Below are positions 12,601-26,727 of a DNA stretch of 64,000 nucleotides, piece after piece. Made by a program: the position numbers and the translations under genes. Origin of the DNA: Octopus sinensis. Lineage: Eukaryota. The stretch covers positions 124,001 to 188,000 of the forward strand of contig NW_021831731.1 of assembly GCF_006345805.1 (NCBI RefSeq). Reading direction: 5' to 3'. The notes below the pieces were generated by a model. The model saw only the letters and a list, made by a program, of their open reading frames with translations, was not told the DNA's origin and made no database searches. Position 1 is the stretch's first letter; every line of letters begins with the position of its first letter.

Positions 12601-14532
12601 TTGAGAGAGTATATGAACACAAGTTAATTTGTCAAAATGAGGGGGTCTTTAAATATTCTACTGTGATTTCGTTAATCGTCGTTAGAGCTTGTTATTGTGG
12701 TTTATTTCTTAATTCAGTTTGTTAGATGCTGTCTTTTCTCAAAGGCTAGTTTAAAAAATAGATTAATCTTCTTTTGAAAGGTTTCACTGAAACTATCCTT
12801 CAAATGTATATATTCTTCTCTCTGCTAACTAGTGATATATTTTTTTTATTATCCCTGTTGTTGGTAGATTCGCTGACTGAGCGTTGGCAGTCAGCTTGGT
12901 ACATGCCGGAAAAGAGCGGTCAGTTTGGTTGCTATATAGCATAGTAGTTGTAGTATAGTAGATTCTGTTGTTGTTGTGGTCATGCCTGATTTAGGACAAT
13001 GCCCATTCGGTATCATTTGTGTATGTAATCGTTTAAGAAAAATGTTACCATAATCGACTATTCTTTTGCGTTCCGAAAATGTAACTTGTTGACGTAATTA
13101 TTACGCCGTAAAAAGATTTAGTTCTTGATGAAGTTCAACCCAGTATGATTTCACTTTTCTTATATAGCCTATTGGGGGAGTTTCTTTTACCAATTTATAA
13201 CAATTAAATATGTTGTTGTATATTGCCTTCTTTGAATTCGAACCTCGAATGTTTAAGTTCAACTGTGAAAACCGCTAACGATTAATAACACTATATTTGG
13301 TAATAGTAACCAGAGTTATTTTGGCTATTCCTGAATTCTACTATAACAGGAATAGCCTACATTTTCTCCTGTCTGTTATCTTTGACGTCAGTTTTTAAAA
13401 GACGTTGACAAACAAAAACAAAAGTTTAATTTTCGAATCTAAAAGGCTCATGGAAAATTCAAGAACCTATTATCAGGCACATAAAAATACAGGAGTTCAG
13501 CTTCCAAGAAACCTTATTCTGGTCGGAGACTGCTTTTAGACCAGGTTTAATAAGATAATTCTTATACATCACATTTCTGTTTAAGAGAATATTCCTGTTC
13601 TAACTGGAAACTACGGCCTAAATTTATGAGATATTTCAGCACTCATCTTTTAACAGTTTCATTATTTCTTGATTCATTCAAATAACATGGATATAACAAA
13701 TTGTGAATTATGCATATAAAAATGTTTAATGTTATAAACATTGTTGAAGATAATTCTTTCTCTTATTAATAATTCAAAGTTAAACATAACAGGACTAGAT
13801 GATAATTCATAACGCCACGAAAAATGGACTCTATTATTACAATTCTTCTAATAACTACAACTAAAAATATTTTCTTACCTTTTCCGATGTTTCGATTCGA
13901 TTCTTCTTCGACAGAGCTGATGTTGCCAGTTTGGTTACATTTTCAATATTTTGCTTCCATACTTTTACTGTAGTGTTGACATTGACATTTTAGCTATCAT
14001 TTAGTAGTAGATTCCTTCAAGTAGATTCGCGTATTAGACTAAAAATTAAGTCAATGAATATGCTCAGAATAACCAGTTCTGTATGTATGCCATGGGTATG
14101 GCTTTAAACTGCATCCAGTAGTAGGGCTCTGGTACAGGAGTTCCAGAGTTAAGAGAAGTGGGGAACCACGTCTTAGTCACTATTGTTCCCAGGTATACTC
14201 TGACTCGCAGTAATAATAATAGCAATAGTACCTGTTAGGGTCCATTTATGGGTTAATTAGCATGTGAATCATTGGGAGAGAAGGGCCATGGTTCTCATTA
14301 GTTCTTCTTTCTAGCAGAAGGTAAACTCGTATAAAATACCTGAAGTGCAGTTGGTTTCAGGTCGTCTCAACCTTTATTGTGCCACTAATTTTATAGCTAA
14401 TTGCGCTGAAAGTAGGTTCAGTGCTGTGCAACACTTTACTCCTCAAAACAAATTCACACACAGGAACGTTTTGGATTCTTGGTACGTTTGCATGTTTTGG
14501 AAGTGGGCTTACTCAGTCGCGAGTTGATTTCC

Positions 14533-14603
14533 ATGTATGTATGTATGTATGTATGTATGTATGTATGTATGTATGTATGTATGTATGTATGTATGTATGT
14601 ATG
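14533..14603. repeat. (ATGT)n microsatellite forming the 3' flank/tail of the R4-type element
   Basis: Direct reading. Confidence 0.97.
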
Positions 14604-17477
14604 CCTCATATTTTTTATTTATTATAAATCTTCCACTGAGGATGGTGCCAGTTTCCAATAAAGATACACAGCTCCATCTTTGGGATGTAGTTAACACAGA
14701 CAAATTCAAACTTGGAACTTGAGAAAAGTCTTGCATATTTTTATTGTTCCACTTACAGATTGGACTTGTACGATTCAGCTAGTCAATTTCTCTTTATGAA
14801 AATCCCGGTTTATCCAGATTCACTTTTAAACATTTACTTATAAAGCCTAGTGCTCCAATTATTACTGGTATAAATATGAATTCATAGTCTGGATATAGAA
14901 ACTGGAGGTTTCAAAGCAGTTGTCCATAGATATCTTCTTTTCTTTGACTTTCAAAGAGATATTTATATCTGCAGGACAGCTAACCTCTATGATAGTACAT
15001 ACCTTTTCCTCCTCTGTCACAAACAACAATATCCGGCATGTTATGCTTACATTTGACAGAATATTCCACCCAGTATATCTTGAGTTGGTGTTTATGAATG
15101 TATTCCATAAAAGAGGGATTTTCTAAGTTTATTTCAGGACAGTCTTTTTTGCGGATGGCATTGTAAATTGTTTTAGCAACAACATTGTGCCACATAGGAA
15201 GGTAGTACCGTGAAGACATTTTAGGAAAGATGCTAATCTCATGCGTAATGTCTTCCACAGAAACATGACATAACCTACATATGCGGTTGAAACTTGTGCT
15301 TACAAGATCGTCACTGTCTCTCTTGTTCAACAGGTACTTTGTGGTAATCTCATGTTCCTGGATTGCAAACGCATAGCCTTCAAAATGTGATGTGATGCAG
15401 TGGTCTTGTGTCCGAGAGAGGCTGCGCTTTGTGTCAATTATACTGAGTTATTCAAGCATCCGGGCAACATACATGCATGGTCTTTTTTTGTATGCTGAGT
15501 ACTTTCCACCCAGGTCTTCTCTGAGGTAAGAGAGCCCAGCTGTTTTGCAGCTGTATAGGAGATTATCAAGAAGATAGTGTTTCTTGAGGAGTTCACTGCC
15601 AACTCGTACATTGTTGCTCGCTTCACTTTACAGCACTGCATTAATATATCTAGTTTTGCTGTTATTGTTTATCAGGTACTGCCTGATCTCACGCCTCCAT
15701 CATCTTCATTTCTTTTTAGGTAGAGCCTGTCAACATCACAGTTTCTCTGGAAGTTTCCAGTTGTCAGGATTTTGCGGGTTTTGATATCTATGGAGTGGAT
15801 TTCTTCTACAGACCAATCAATTATCCCAAATATTGGAATCAGCATTGAGACTGCAAATGTATTGTGGGATATTGTTTTGTTGTATTCTCGGGTCATTCTA
15901 TCTTTATTCACAGTGCCTGCATATGATACATTTTCGTCTATGCCTAGGTACTTGTAACACTCTTTGTGTTAAATGGGGGAGATAGAGAGACCGTTGATGT
16001 ACAGTTTCGGGTTTAGGGAATGACTTTCCTCGTTCTATAACCAAATATAAACATTACTTTTGGCCAAATTCCATGCCTGTATCAGCTGAAAATGTTATTA
16101 TTAATTCCACTTGTTTTTTGGCGTTGTTAACACTTTTAGCATAAATCTTCAGGTCGTCTAGAAAGAAATTATGAGTTACATTGATATTTCTAGCAGTCGA
16201 AGATCCTCGCATGTAACCATTTGTTTTCTACAGTAGGAAAAATTATGGATTCAGTGCCAAAATGAAAAGAAGTACAGAAAGACTATCTCCCTGGAATATT
16301 CCTTTTGTAATGCCTATACTATTGGAAACAATTATTCTGTTCTCAGTTGTAAGGGTAAGAATAGTTGTTCATGTCTTTGTGAGTCTCACTATAGCAGCAA
16401 TTAAGGTAGTAGGTACCTTTGCCAGATATAGGCACTTCAACAGCATTGAATAAGGGATAGAGTCGAATGCCTTCTTATAGTTAAGCCATACTGTCACAAG
16501 GTTTCTGCGTTGTTTTCTTACATCAGACAGTACAGTTTTGTTTATTAAAATTTGTTCGACACATCCCCACAGTCCCTTCTTTCTCCCAGCCTATTCATCA
16601 GTTACAATGTTGTTCGACTTACAATGGTCCTGAAGTAATTGGTTGAGGCTACGTGTGTATAGTTTGTACATCACGTTTAGGTAAGCAATAGGCCTGTAGT
16701 TTTATTCCATCTCGGTGATTTCATTTTTGGCAACAAGATTTGTTCATACTGTTGCAAGCCAATTTGGTATATCAGTCTGACCTTCCATAGTCCTTTTGAA
16801 CATACATATCAATTGGTTTCTATAAAATGTCAGCTTCTTGTACCAATATCCAACTATTAGTTCCCTTCCAGGTGCCTTCCCATTCTGCAGTTTGTCTACT
16901 GCTATAGCGAAGGTTTCTGCATCAATTTTATATGTTTTACTGTTAATGTTGGTACAGTATTCTCTCTCAATTGTATTTAACCATGATATTTTCAGGATGA
17001 AATCCCTCTTTTCGTTCCAAAGTTTGACAACAATGTTTGTAGATCTTCTTGGGAGGGAGCTTTCTTAATGGTAATATTTTCCTTCCTCAGCTGTCTGTAT
17101 AATGCTTATTGGTTAGAAGCAAACTTGCAATTGATACTGGCTCGCTCAAATATTCGCATGTGATAGCAGAGTTTCTCGCTCATCGTCCCGAGTTCATGTT
17201 TTAAAGTGATTAGCTTTCCCTCAAGAGCTCGTTGTGAAGGGTTGCCATAAAGTGGTGTTAGTTTCAGCCATAATCGAGTTAACGAGATTCCACGTGGTGT
17301 AGATGTATATTTTAAAATATGTTCAGGATAACGCTACGTTGGTGAGTAAAAGATGTTTCACTTATTAATTATTGGAGAAACAAACCAGTTACCTATTTGG
17401 GCAGGAGAAGTCGGCATATTTCTAGAGGAAGGCGTTCAAAACGGACCTTTTAAACGGTCCTTTACACCTGCACGTCC
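14604..17477 (-). mobile_element. 5'-truncated R4/Dong-type non-LTR retrotransposon (RT + degenerate CCHC + REL endonuclease), disrupted
   Basis: Minus strand: NYRPIAYLNVMYK, GCVEQILINK, WLNYKKAFDS, GIFQGDSLS (~16290), FLDDLK (~16155), ICRLCHVSVEDITH, CKHNMPDIVV, IIEVSCPADIN, IPVIIGALG, then a short 3' UTR and (CATA)n. Confidence 0.9.
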
Positions 17478-17685
17478 TATGTATGTATGTATGTATGTAT
17501 GTATGTATGTATGTATGTATGTATGTATGTATGTATGTATGTATGTATGCATGTATGTATGTATGTATGCATGTATGTATGTATGTATGTATGTATGTAT
17601 GTATGTATGTGTGTATGTATGCATGCATGCATGCATGCATGTATGTATGTATGTATGTATGTATGCATGCATGTATGTATGTATG

Positions 17686-17717
<32 letters not shown>

Positions 17718-18284
17718 TGTATGCATGTATGTATGTATGTATGTATGTATGTATGTATGTATGTATGTATGTATGTATGTGTGTATGTATGTATGCATGC
17801 ATGCATGCATGCATGCATGCATGTATGTATGTATGTATGTATGTATGTATGTATGCATGTATGTATGCATTCATGCAAATATGTATGCATGCATGCATGT
17901 ATGTATGCATGTATGAATGTATGTATGTATGTATGTATGTGTGTATGTATGCATGCATGCATGCATGTATGTATGTATGTATGTATGTATGTATGTATGC
18001 ATGCATGCATGTATGTATGTATGTATGTATGTATGTATGTATGCATATATGTATGTATGTATGTATGCATGCATGCATGTATGTATGTATGTATGTATGT
18101 ATGTATGTGTGTATGTATGCATGCATGCATGCATGCATGTATGTATGTATGTATGTATGTATGTATGTATGCATGTATGTATGTATGCATGCATGCAAAT
18201 ATGTATGCATGCATGCATGTATGTATGCATGTATGTATGTATGTATGTATGTATGTATGTATGTATGTATGTATGTATGTATGC
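17478..18284. repeat. ~800-bp (TATG)n array with CATG/TGTG variant units
   Basis: Direct reading; it produces the YVCM/IHTY ORFs. Confidence 0.97.
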
Positions 18285-19883
18285 AATTCATAGCATTTTG
18301 ATCTTAATTCGCAACAGGGATTGTTTCATATTTGCTTTCAATGAACTTGAAAAAGGGGAAAAAATCAGAATAATTCTCCCAGAATTATTCTGTAGAATTT
18401 CAGATGGAGCATTTGGCCTAGATGCCCAAGATTGGTGCTTTGTATTTTGTCCCCAGAGTGTCACCAAGTCGAAACTGCAAATTAAACCACACTGATATTG
18501 CCCATCTAACCGTAAATATGTACCAAGACGTCAGAACACTGTATAGCAAGCAAATACTATTTTATTTAGACTGTTATGATACAATAATTGAAACCTACAG
18601 AGATAATGGGTTCTGGCAAAAATAAATTGTCTTAGGTGTACAATTCGTATGAAATGACCTTCAAGAGTTTCACCTAGAAGCTACTGGGTTGGGGATGTCT
18701 ACATAACTCCAATATCCTCAGAAAAGAAAATCTAATAACAAAGGTCTTGTCTGACCTCAACACAGTATATAATTTTGATTCTCAGAATAACTTCTATTAT
18801 TCTACTTATGCTTTTAAAAACGACATTTATGTATAACGCCAGAAATTGCAATTATATATTTTCCTGAAAATTACATCTTTAGTACAAAAATATAGTGCTA
18901 CACACATTGACACACACATACACACAGACACAGACACATACACACATCAGTTATGTGTTATGTGTGTGTGTGTGTAGTACTATATATTTGTACTGAAGAT
19001 GTAATTTTCAGGAAAATATATAATTATCATTGTCATAGGTATTTCTTAACCTGAAGTACTTTATTCCGTTGAATGTATCTATGTGTTTTAAAATGCCTGT
19101 TTAAGATTGTTTTTCTTTACTTAGAAAAACATTAGCATCAAACACACGAGAACATGAGCGCAGCTTGGTACAAAAGTTCTCCTCGTTGGTCTGCTTTCCT
19201 CCTTCGGTGTCTTTTTTGTCAGCTTCCTCTTCACATTTACTGTAAAATAAGTAGCACTCATCGTAGCCTTTTCTCATTCTGATCGAGTACATCAATTTAT
19301 TTGTATTTTGAATCATGCCAATTGAATGTCACTATGTTAATTGCACAAAACAAAAATCACGTTGGCGATGTCCATCTAGCTATAAATATGCAGTAAGACA
19401 TAATAATAATCATATATATTTGTTACTTTGATTTAAACTCTTATGTTCACATTCTTCCAGCTATGTAGTTTGGAAATGTGATGTGTATTGGCAAAAGAAA
19501 ATTACCACATCCTTGATATACAAATGTAGGTACAAAAAGAAATTCCCTTCAAAAATTTCTTCAACAATAATGGATAATGGCATTTTCACAGTAGTCCTAA
19601 TCTCCTGATCTAAGAAAAAAAAACCCATATGAAAGCATCGTATAACACCAACAAATAATTTTGATTCACAGAATAACCTACTTTTATAACTCGGCTTATG
19701 CTTTTGAGGAAGGACATTACCAATTAACGCTACAAATTGCCATTCTCAATTTTCCTGAAAATTATACTGACTGACTGACTGACTGACTGACTGACTCACT
19801 CACTCACTCACTCACTCACTCACTCACTCACTCACTCACTCACTCACTCACTCTACTTACTCCCATACTCTGTATATATGCAT

Positions 19884-20422
<539 letters not shown>

Positions 20423-20510
20423 ATATACATATATATATATACATATATATACATATACACGAATATAATGTATACTATATACATGTATATGTATGTGTAT
20501 TATACATATG

Positions 20511-20583
<73 letters not shown>

Positions 20584-21399
20584 GTCAATACATTCATATA
20601 CACATGATATATACTATTATATATTATATATATATATAATAACAAAAATGCATAAACACATATACACATTCATATAAGAGTTTCATAATGAAGTATACAC
20701 TCACATATACACACAGCTCTGTGTATATATGTGCGTATGTTTATGTGTCATCATTTCTCCTTTCCATTAACTCTGCTAAAGAACAAAACAGCTTTATTAT
20801 ATTAATTTATGCACCATGGTCTCTAAGGGATAATGAAAGTTTTTGAACCGGATTTTAACTCGGGTAGTGTCAGCTACTACATACAACCAATTTCATACTG
20901 TTACTATCATATTAAAACTATTCCTTCATTTTCAGATTGGTCTCTAAGTAATTAGAAAAAAAAAAGCTCGAACAAAAACAAACAAAAACAGCAAAGAACA
21001 AAGCAAAAATCAAATGAGATAAAGAGAATGAGAGGAGCAATAAAGGGGAATAACTTAAAGACGTAGGCGTTGACGAGTGAAGAGTAATATATGAGAACAA
21101 AAATATGAAAACATATATAAAAGGAAGATATTTGATTTTTCAGAGAGATGATAAGGTTTCGCTCTAGTAGTTGATGGGACGACCGATCACATCGAGTCAC
21201 TAGTTACACCCTTGACAGAATGGAGTAGCGTATTACGCTGGTAAGAGAGTCCTGTTGCATTTCAAGATTGGAAAGAAGCAAATGCTTCCTTGGTCTTAAT
21301 TGGTACATTAAATCAAGATAATATTCTCCCTTAATATTGAGAGTATAATCCCATCCATCTGGTAAATTGTTGATCCCTCAGGCGTAAATTTTTTCAAGT

Positions 21400-22350
21400 T
21401 TCGTTGCTAAGAAACCACCAATATTATTTTCAAACTCTTCACAACTAGTAAACTGTTCTCCATCTAAATAATGTTGCTATGAACTGTAAAGATGGCAATC
21501 AGATGGAATAAAGTTAGGAGAGTAAGGAAGATGGGGAAAAACTTCCATATTAAGTGTCATAATCTTTCCTGAGTTACTTGAGCTACATGTCGTCTTTTAA
21601 GAGAAACAACCATTTAAGATTGACTAACAACGGGTGCTTTATCTGCAATTTTTTGTGCAATGCTTTCAGTTCTGTACAATTCGTTTACTGTTTCGTTTTG
21701 GTTTTAACACTTCATAATAGACTATACACTTCATATCTCACCAAACACAGAGCTTAACACCATTCAGATGTAGTCCTGGTTTGGCGATGGATTCTATTCT
21801 TTTTCATTGGGTACTAACCATTGTCGTTTTCGTTGGATATGATTATAGGGAACCCGACGTTAATCAATCGTGATGATTCTACCCAGGAAATGTTCGGTAG
21901 CAAGTCTATTTTTCAATGATAAGCAAAGGGGAACTCTTTGGTTAAACCGCGAAGCACTCGAATGACTTGGACCCACTGACAAAAGTTTAGACACTTTTCC
22001 TTGCTCATGAATTTTATTTATGATCGAAGTGTGATGAGTTGAATCGTTTTGATAATTCTCGTGCAGTTTGCTTTATATCTTCCTCAACCACGGTTTTCAG
22101 GAGCTTAATATTGACGGAATTTGGCTGTCCAGAACAAGAGGAATCTACATGAAAAAAGTTTTCCGAGCGAAACTGCTCAAACCATCATTGACAAGTCTGG
22201 ACACTTAAAGCTTCGTTTCCCTGGCCAGATTGAATAGTTCTTGCCTCTTCCAATACTGAAGAGTTCCTTTTCAATTCATACCTCATGTAGTGTCAGATAT
22301 GGGTATGATCTAAACTAATTTTAAAAGAGTAAAATCGATACAAATTTACC
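21400..22350 (-). mobile_element. Decayed mariner transposase relic
   Basis: Minus strand WFEQFRSENF...SGQPNSVNIKLLKTVVEEDIKQTARELS and VPYNHIQRKRQW (mariner N-terminal domain and the region after the first catalytic D). Confidence 0.6.
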
Positions 22351-22682
22351 TAATATGGCATAAAGTAATCTACAAAGAAAGAAAATAATATTAGAATGAA
22401 CAAAATTAACACACGCTCACACACACACTTTCTCGTGCGCACATAATTAGTTGTTGGCTAGTAGACGAAATTGAACATTACAATACTTACAGACGTGAAT
22501 TATGCAACGCTTGCACTATGATACCTTATTGTTATCATTAAGGCGGCTACCACAAATGAAAAAATTTCATAACTATTAAAGTGTCGTTAGATTTCCATGA
22601 AAATATTATATTCTTGTCGTTTGTAAGGAGGAAGTCAGCTCTGTAGCTTTCGAACGATTTTAAAAATATTTAAGATATACAT

Positions 22683-23100
22683 AGGCGCAGGAGTGGGTGT
22701 GTGGTAAGTAGCTTGCTTACCAACCACATGGTTCCGGGTCCAGTCCCACTGCGTGACACCTTGGGTAAATGTCTTCTACTATAACCTCGGGCCGACCAAA
22801 GCCTTGTGAGTGGATTTGGTAGACGGAAACTGAAAGAAGCCCGTCGTGTATATGTATATATATATATTGTGTGTGTGTGTGTGTATGTTTGTGTATCTGT
22901 TTTTGTCCCCCCAACATCGCTTGACAACCGATGCTGGTGTGTTTACGTCCCCGTAACTCAGCGGTTCGGCAAAAGAGACCGATAGAATAAGTACTAGGCT
23001 TACAAAGAATAAGTCCTGGGAATTTATTTGCTCGACTAAAAGGCGGTGCTCCAGCATGTCCGCAGTCAAATGTCTGAAACAAGTAAAAGAATAAAAAGGA
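22683..23100 (+). mobile_element. tRNA-headed SINE (same family)
   Basis: Starts AGGCGCAGGAGTGGGTGTGTGG; full core and tail present. Confidence 0.9.
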
Positions 23101-23683
23101 ATATAGCCAAAAATCGAAGATAATGATCACTGAGTATGTGTCAGTAATTCGACCAGAGAATCGGACCAAGACCGAAAGCGCAATTTTTGACTTGGTTTTA
23201 ACTTACCACTTGCCTACTCACATGTGTTAATGTAGGTCAAAAGAAACAGTTTCAATATATTCTTTCCAACAGAATGAACAGATATTTATGACATATTCAA
23301 TAGTGGAACACAGCAGCAATTATGATTGCCTTATTTTATTTGACTATAAGGAGTCAGTATCTTAGCTGAAGGAAATAAAGAGTTCTCTCACAACATTCAT
23401 AGTTTTTTTCAGCCTGCATTAGCTGATCGAGACTGCAACTTTGCTGTGAACTTAAAATCTCTAGGTAAAGAGATCACGATTGATAATATTGGTACAAAGT
23501 CATAAATTTTGCTGGAAAGATGTAGCCTATTATAAAGGCGTTAATGCTTTACTGTTAACTTATTTTATCGACCGCGCAAGGATGACTAGGAAAATTCGAT
23601 GTAGGCGGGTATTAATGGATATTAAGTATTGACTAAAATATTCACCGCCATTTTACATCAACTTTGATGATAATAATAATAAT

Positions 23684-23751
<68 letters not shown>

Positions 23752-23753
<2 letters not shown>

Positions 23754-24306
23754 CCCTGATGCAGTACCAGGCAGTGGCTCTCATGGCTTCTGATCTTAAC
23801 TGATTGGAAGTGTTATCATGTACATTGTTTTGTCTTGGTATAAAAGATGGGCTACAGCAAATATTCTGCTCAATACCACAGATTTGCTTGTCAGTTGTTT
23901 GACCTTAACCAGTTGAGCATGTCCCTTAGTGGCTGACGATATGTGCATCTCTGATCACGAGCAGAAGTAGTGGGGGAGCATCATAGCCATGTGTTGAGAG
24001 GGATTCTTTGGGGTTTGAATAGTTCACCTCTGGAAACATGGGTGGTTCTTTCAACATCCTTAAACAACCCTTATTCAGGGACCGTTTGAGCAGGATGGGC
24101 TACTCAAAATGAAGAAAATTCTAACTGGGCCCCACCTGCAAGGTCATGTGCTGTTTATCTTGATATGAGATCATCATGTCGCGCACATGTGGTTGTGATG
24201 CATGTGGCTGGTGTACCTTTATCAGACGGGTAGTCATGATGGGTATATTGGGCTTCGTATATTTTACCCCAGTGTCACTTTGATGGCATGAACTGCTCTC
24301 TCACTC
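23752..24306 (+). mobile_element. Full-length ~555-bp non-coding retroposon embedded in (AAT)n
   Basis: TGCCCTGATGCAGTACC...GAACTGCTCTCTCACTC, flanked by (AAT)n at ~23670-23751 and 24307-24350. Homologues at 27501-28055 and 4911-5237. Confidence 0.85.
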
Positions 24307-24350
<44 letters not shown>

Positions 24351-24352
<2 letters not shown>

Positions 24353-24495
24353 CATTATTTGGAATTGCACGCATATTGCATAAAGTACTGCCTGTCTGAG
24401 GCCCTTGTTGTGACTTGACAGACAGTACAGAACCCTGGTAGACGCAATATCTTCACTCAACAGCATCATGATATTGGATACTGTGCAACGTCTTA
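24351..24495 (+). mobile_element. Short 3'-end fragment of a Dong/R4-type LINE
   Basis: TLFGIARILHKVL (compare ALLGTAHILRRTL at ~26600 and MLGTARILRKVL at ~32370), then a 3' UTR and (AAT)n tail. Confidence 0.65.
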
Positions 24496-24502
24496 AATAA
24501 TC

Positions 24503-24544
<42 letters not shown>

Positions 24545-24590
24545 TAATAATAATAATAATAGCAATAATAATAATAATAATAATAATATA

Positions 24591-24627
<37 letters not shown>

Positions 24628-24923
24628 TAATAATAAATCACACGTATTGAGAAGAGCATTGTCGATGTGAGAACTGTTGCTGCTCATGTATTTTAATTTA
24701 ACTTAAAAAAAAAAAAATGAACGAACTACTAAGTTTGGTTTAATGGCCTACCAATGTATACTATGAGTTTCTTTGCCCTAGGAGTTGGGAAGACACTCGG
24801 CAAGAAATGGAAGCAAATTTGAAAGAATAAATAAAAAATTATAATAAGTACTAAGCTTACAAAGAATAAGTCCTGGGATTGATTTGCTCGACTAAAAGGC
24901 GGTGCTCCAGCATGTCCGCAGTC

Positions 24924-26727
24924 CTACACCTCCAAACAAAAGAGGGACTCATGAAAACCAAAGACATCCCCATTAGAAGAGGAATATTCCAGGGAGACAC
25001 GCTCTCTCCACTCCTTTTCTGCTTGGCACTGTCACCTCTATCTGATATGCTAAATAGAACTGGATGCGGATATAAATGTTACGGCAAAACGATGACCTAA
25101 AACTATACGCTGCAAATGACAAACAGCTGGAAATACTATTAAAGACAGTTCATGGATTTACCAAAGAAATAGAAATGAAATTTGGATTAGAAAAATGCGC
25201 CAAAGTAACCCTGAAAAGAGGAAAACTAGTTAAGAGTAGCAACATCTCACTAGATAAAACCAATGAAATAAAAGAATTAGACCAAAGCCAAACTTACAAA
25301 TACTTAGGAATCCATGAACTAGATAAGACACAACACACACACAAATGAAAGAGAAAATAAAAAAAGAATATTATAGACGAGTTAGATCAATACTAAACAC
25401 AGAGCTCAATGCTAAAAACAAAATAATAGGTATCAACACTTTAGCTGTCCCAGTTATAAGTTACAGCTACAATATCCTTAACTGGACACGAAATGAACTG
25501 ACCAAAATAGATAGGAAAACAAGAAAAATAATGACAGGATCTAGGATGCATCACCCAAAATCTGACATAGAAAGACTATATATACAACGTATAGAAGGTG
25601 GTAGAGGCCTTATACAGCTGGAAAACTACTATAAAATAACCACCATAGGACTGGAAAAATATCTACTTCAGAAGGAAGGAAAACTGATCCAGATAGCGGC
25701 AAAACACGAGCAAAACAAAAAACTGTTCTCAGTATTTAAGGAAGCTGACAAATACAAACAAGAAATCATACCACCTAATAAACATGAAGAAGAAGAAGAT
25801 GAAGAAACAACAAAAGCTATAAAACAAATGGAATCCAAACTAAAAATAGAACAGCAACGAACCATGATAAAACGATGGCAAGAAAAGCCCCTTCATGGTA
25901 AATACTGGACTAAACTAAAAGCAAAAGAAATAGACAAAGAAAAATCCAAGCAATGGTTGAGAAGCTCAGGACTCAAAGCAGAAACAGAGGGATTTTTAAT
26001 TGCAACACAAGACCAAAGCCTCCCCACCAGAAATTACCAAAAACATGTAATGAAAAGAAATATTACAAGTAACTGCAGAATATGTGGAGATGGACAAGAA
26101 ACAATAAATCATATTATCTCTAGCTGCCCAGTCCTGGCTAAGAAGGAATATATTCACAGACATGACAGAGTTGGAACCTACATACATTGGAAGCTATGCC
26201 AACATTATGGAATAACAGAAAAAAGATGGTATAGGCACACACCAGAAAAGGTCACAGAAAACGAGAAAGCAACCATACTCTGGGATATGCCGATACACAC
26301 AGATAGAGAAATTAAGGCCAACAGACCAGATATAGTTGTCAGAGATCATGAAGAAAAAAATGCTTTCTAATTGATGTATCAATACCGGCTGATGACAACG
26401 TGTCTCTAAAAGAAATGGAGAAACTCTCAAAATACAAAGACCTGGAAATAGAGGTAACCAGAATGTGGAATCTAAAAACAGAAACAATCCCTATCATAGC
26501 ATTAGGCATGATAAAAAAATATTCAGACAAATACATAACAAAAACACCAGGACTTACAAACACATATAGCATACAGAAAATTGCACTACTAGGCACTGCA
26601 CACATCCTACGCAGAACACTTTCCATACAATAACCATCAGAGCATCACAACAAATCACAGCACATACCCAAGGCACACAGAGCTGCGCTCGGTAGTGAAG
26701 TGAAAGCACGCTATAAAAATAAAACTA

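Noticed and set aside
17353-18495. Long ORFs of 187-289 aa (YVCM/IHTY repeats)
   Set aside because: They are translations of the (TATG)n array; no protein signal.
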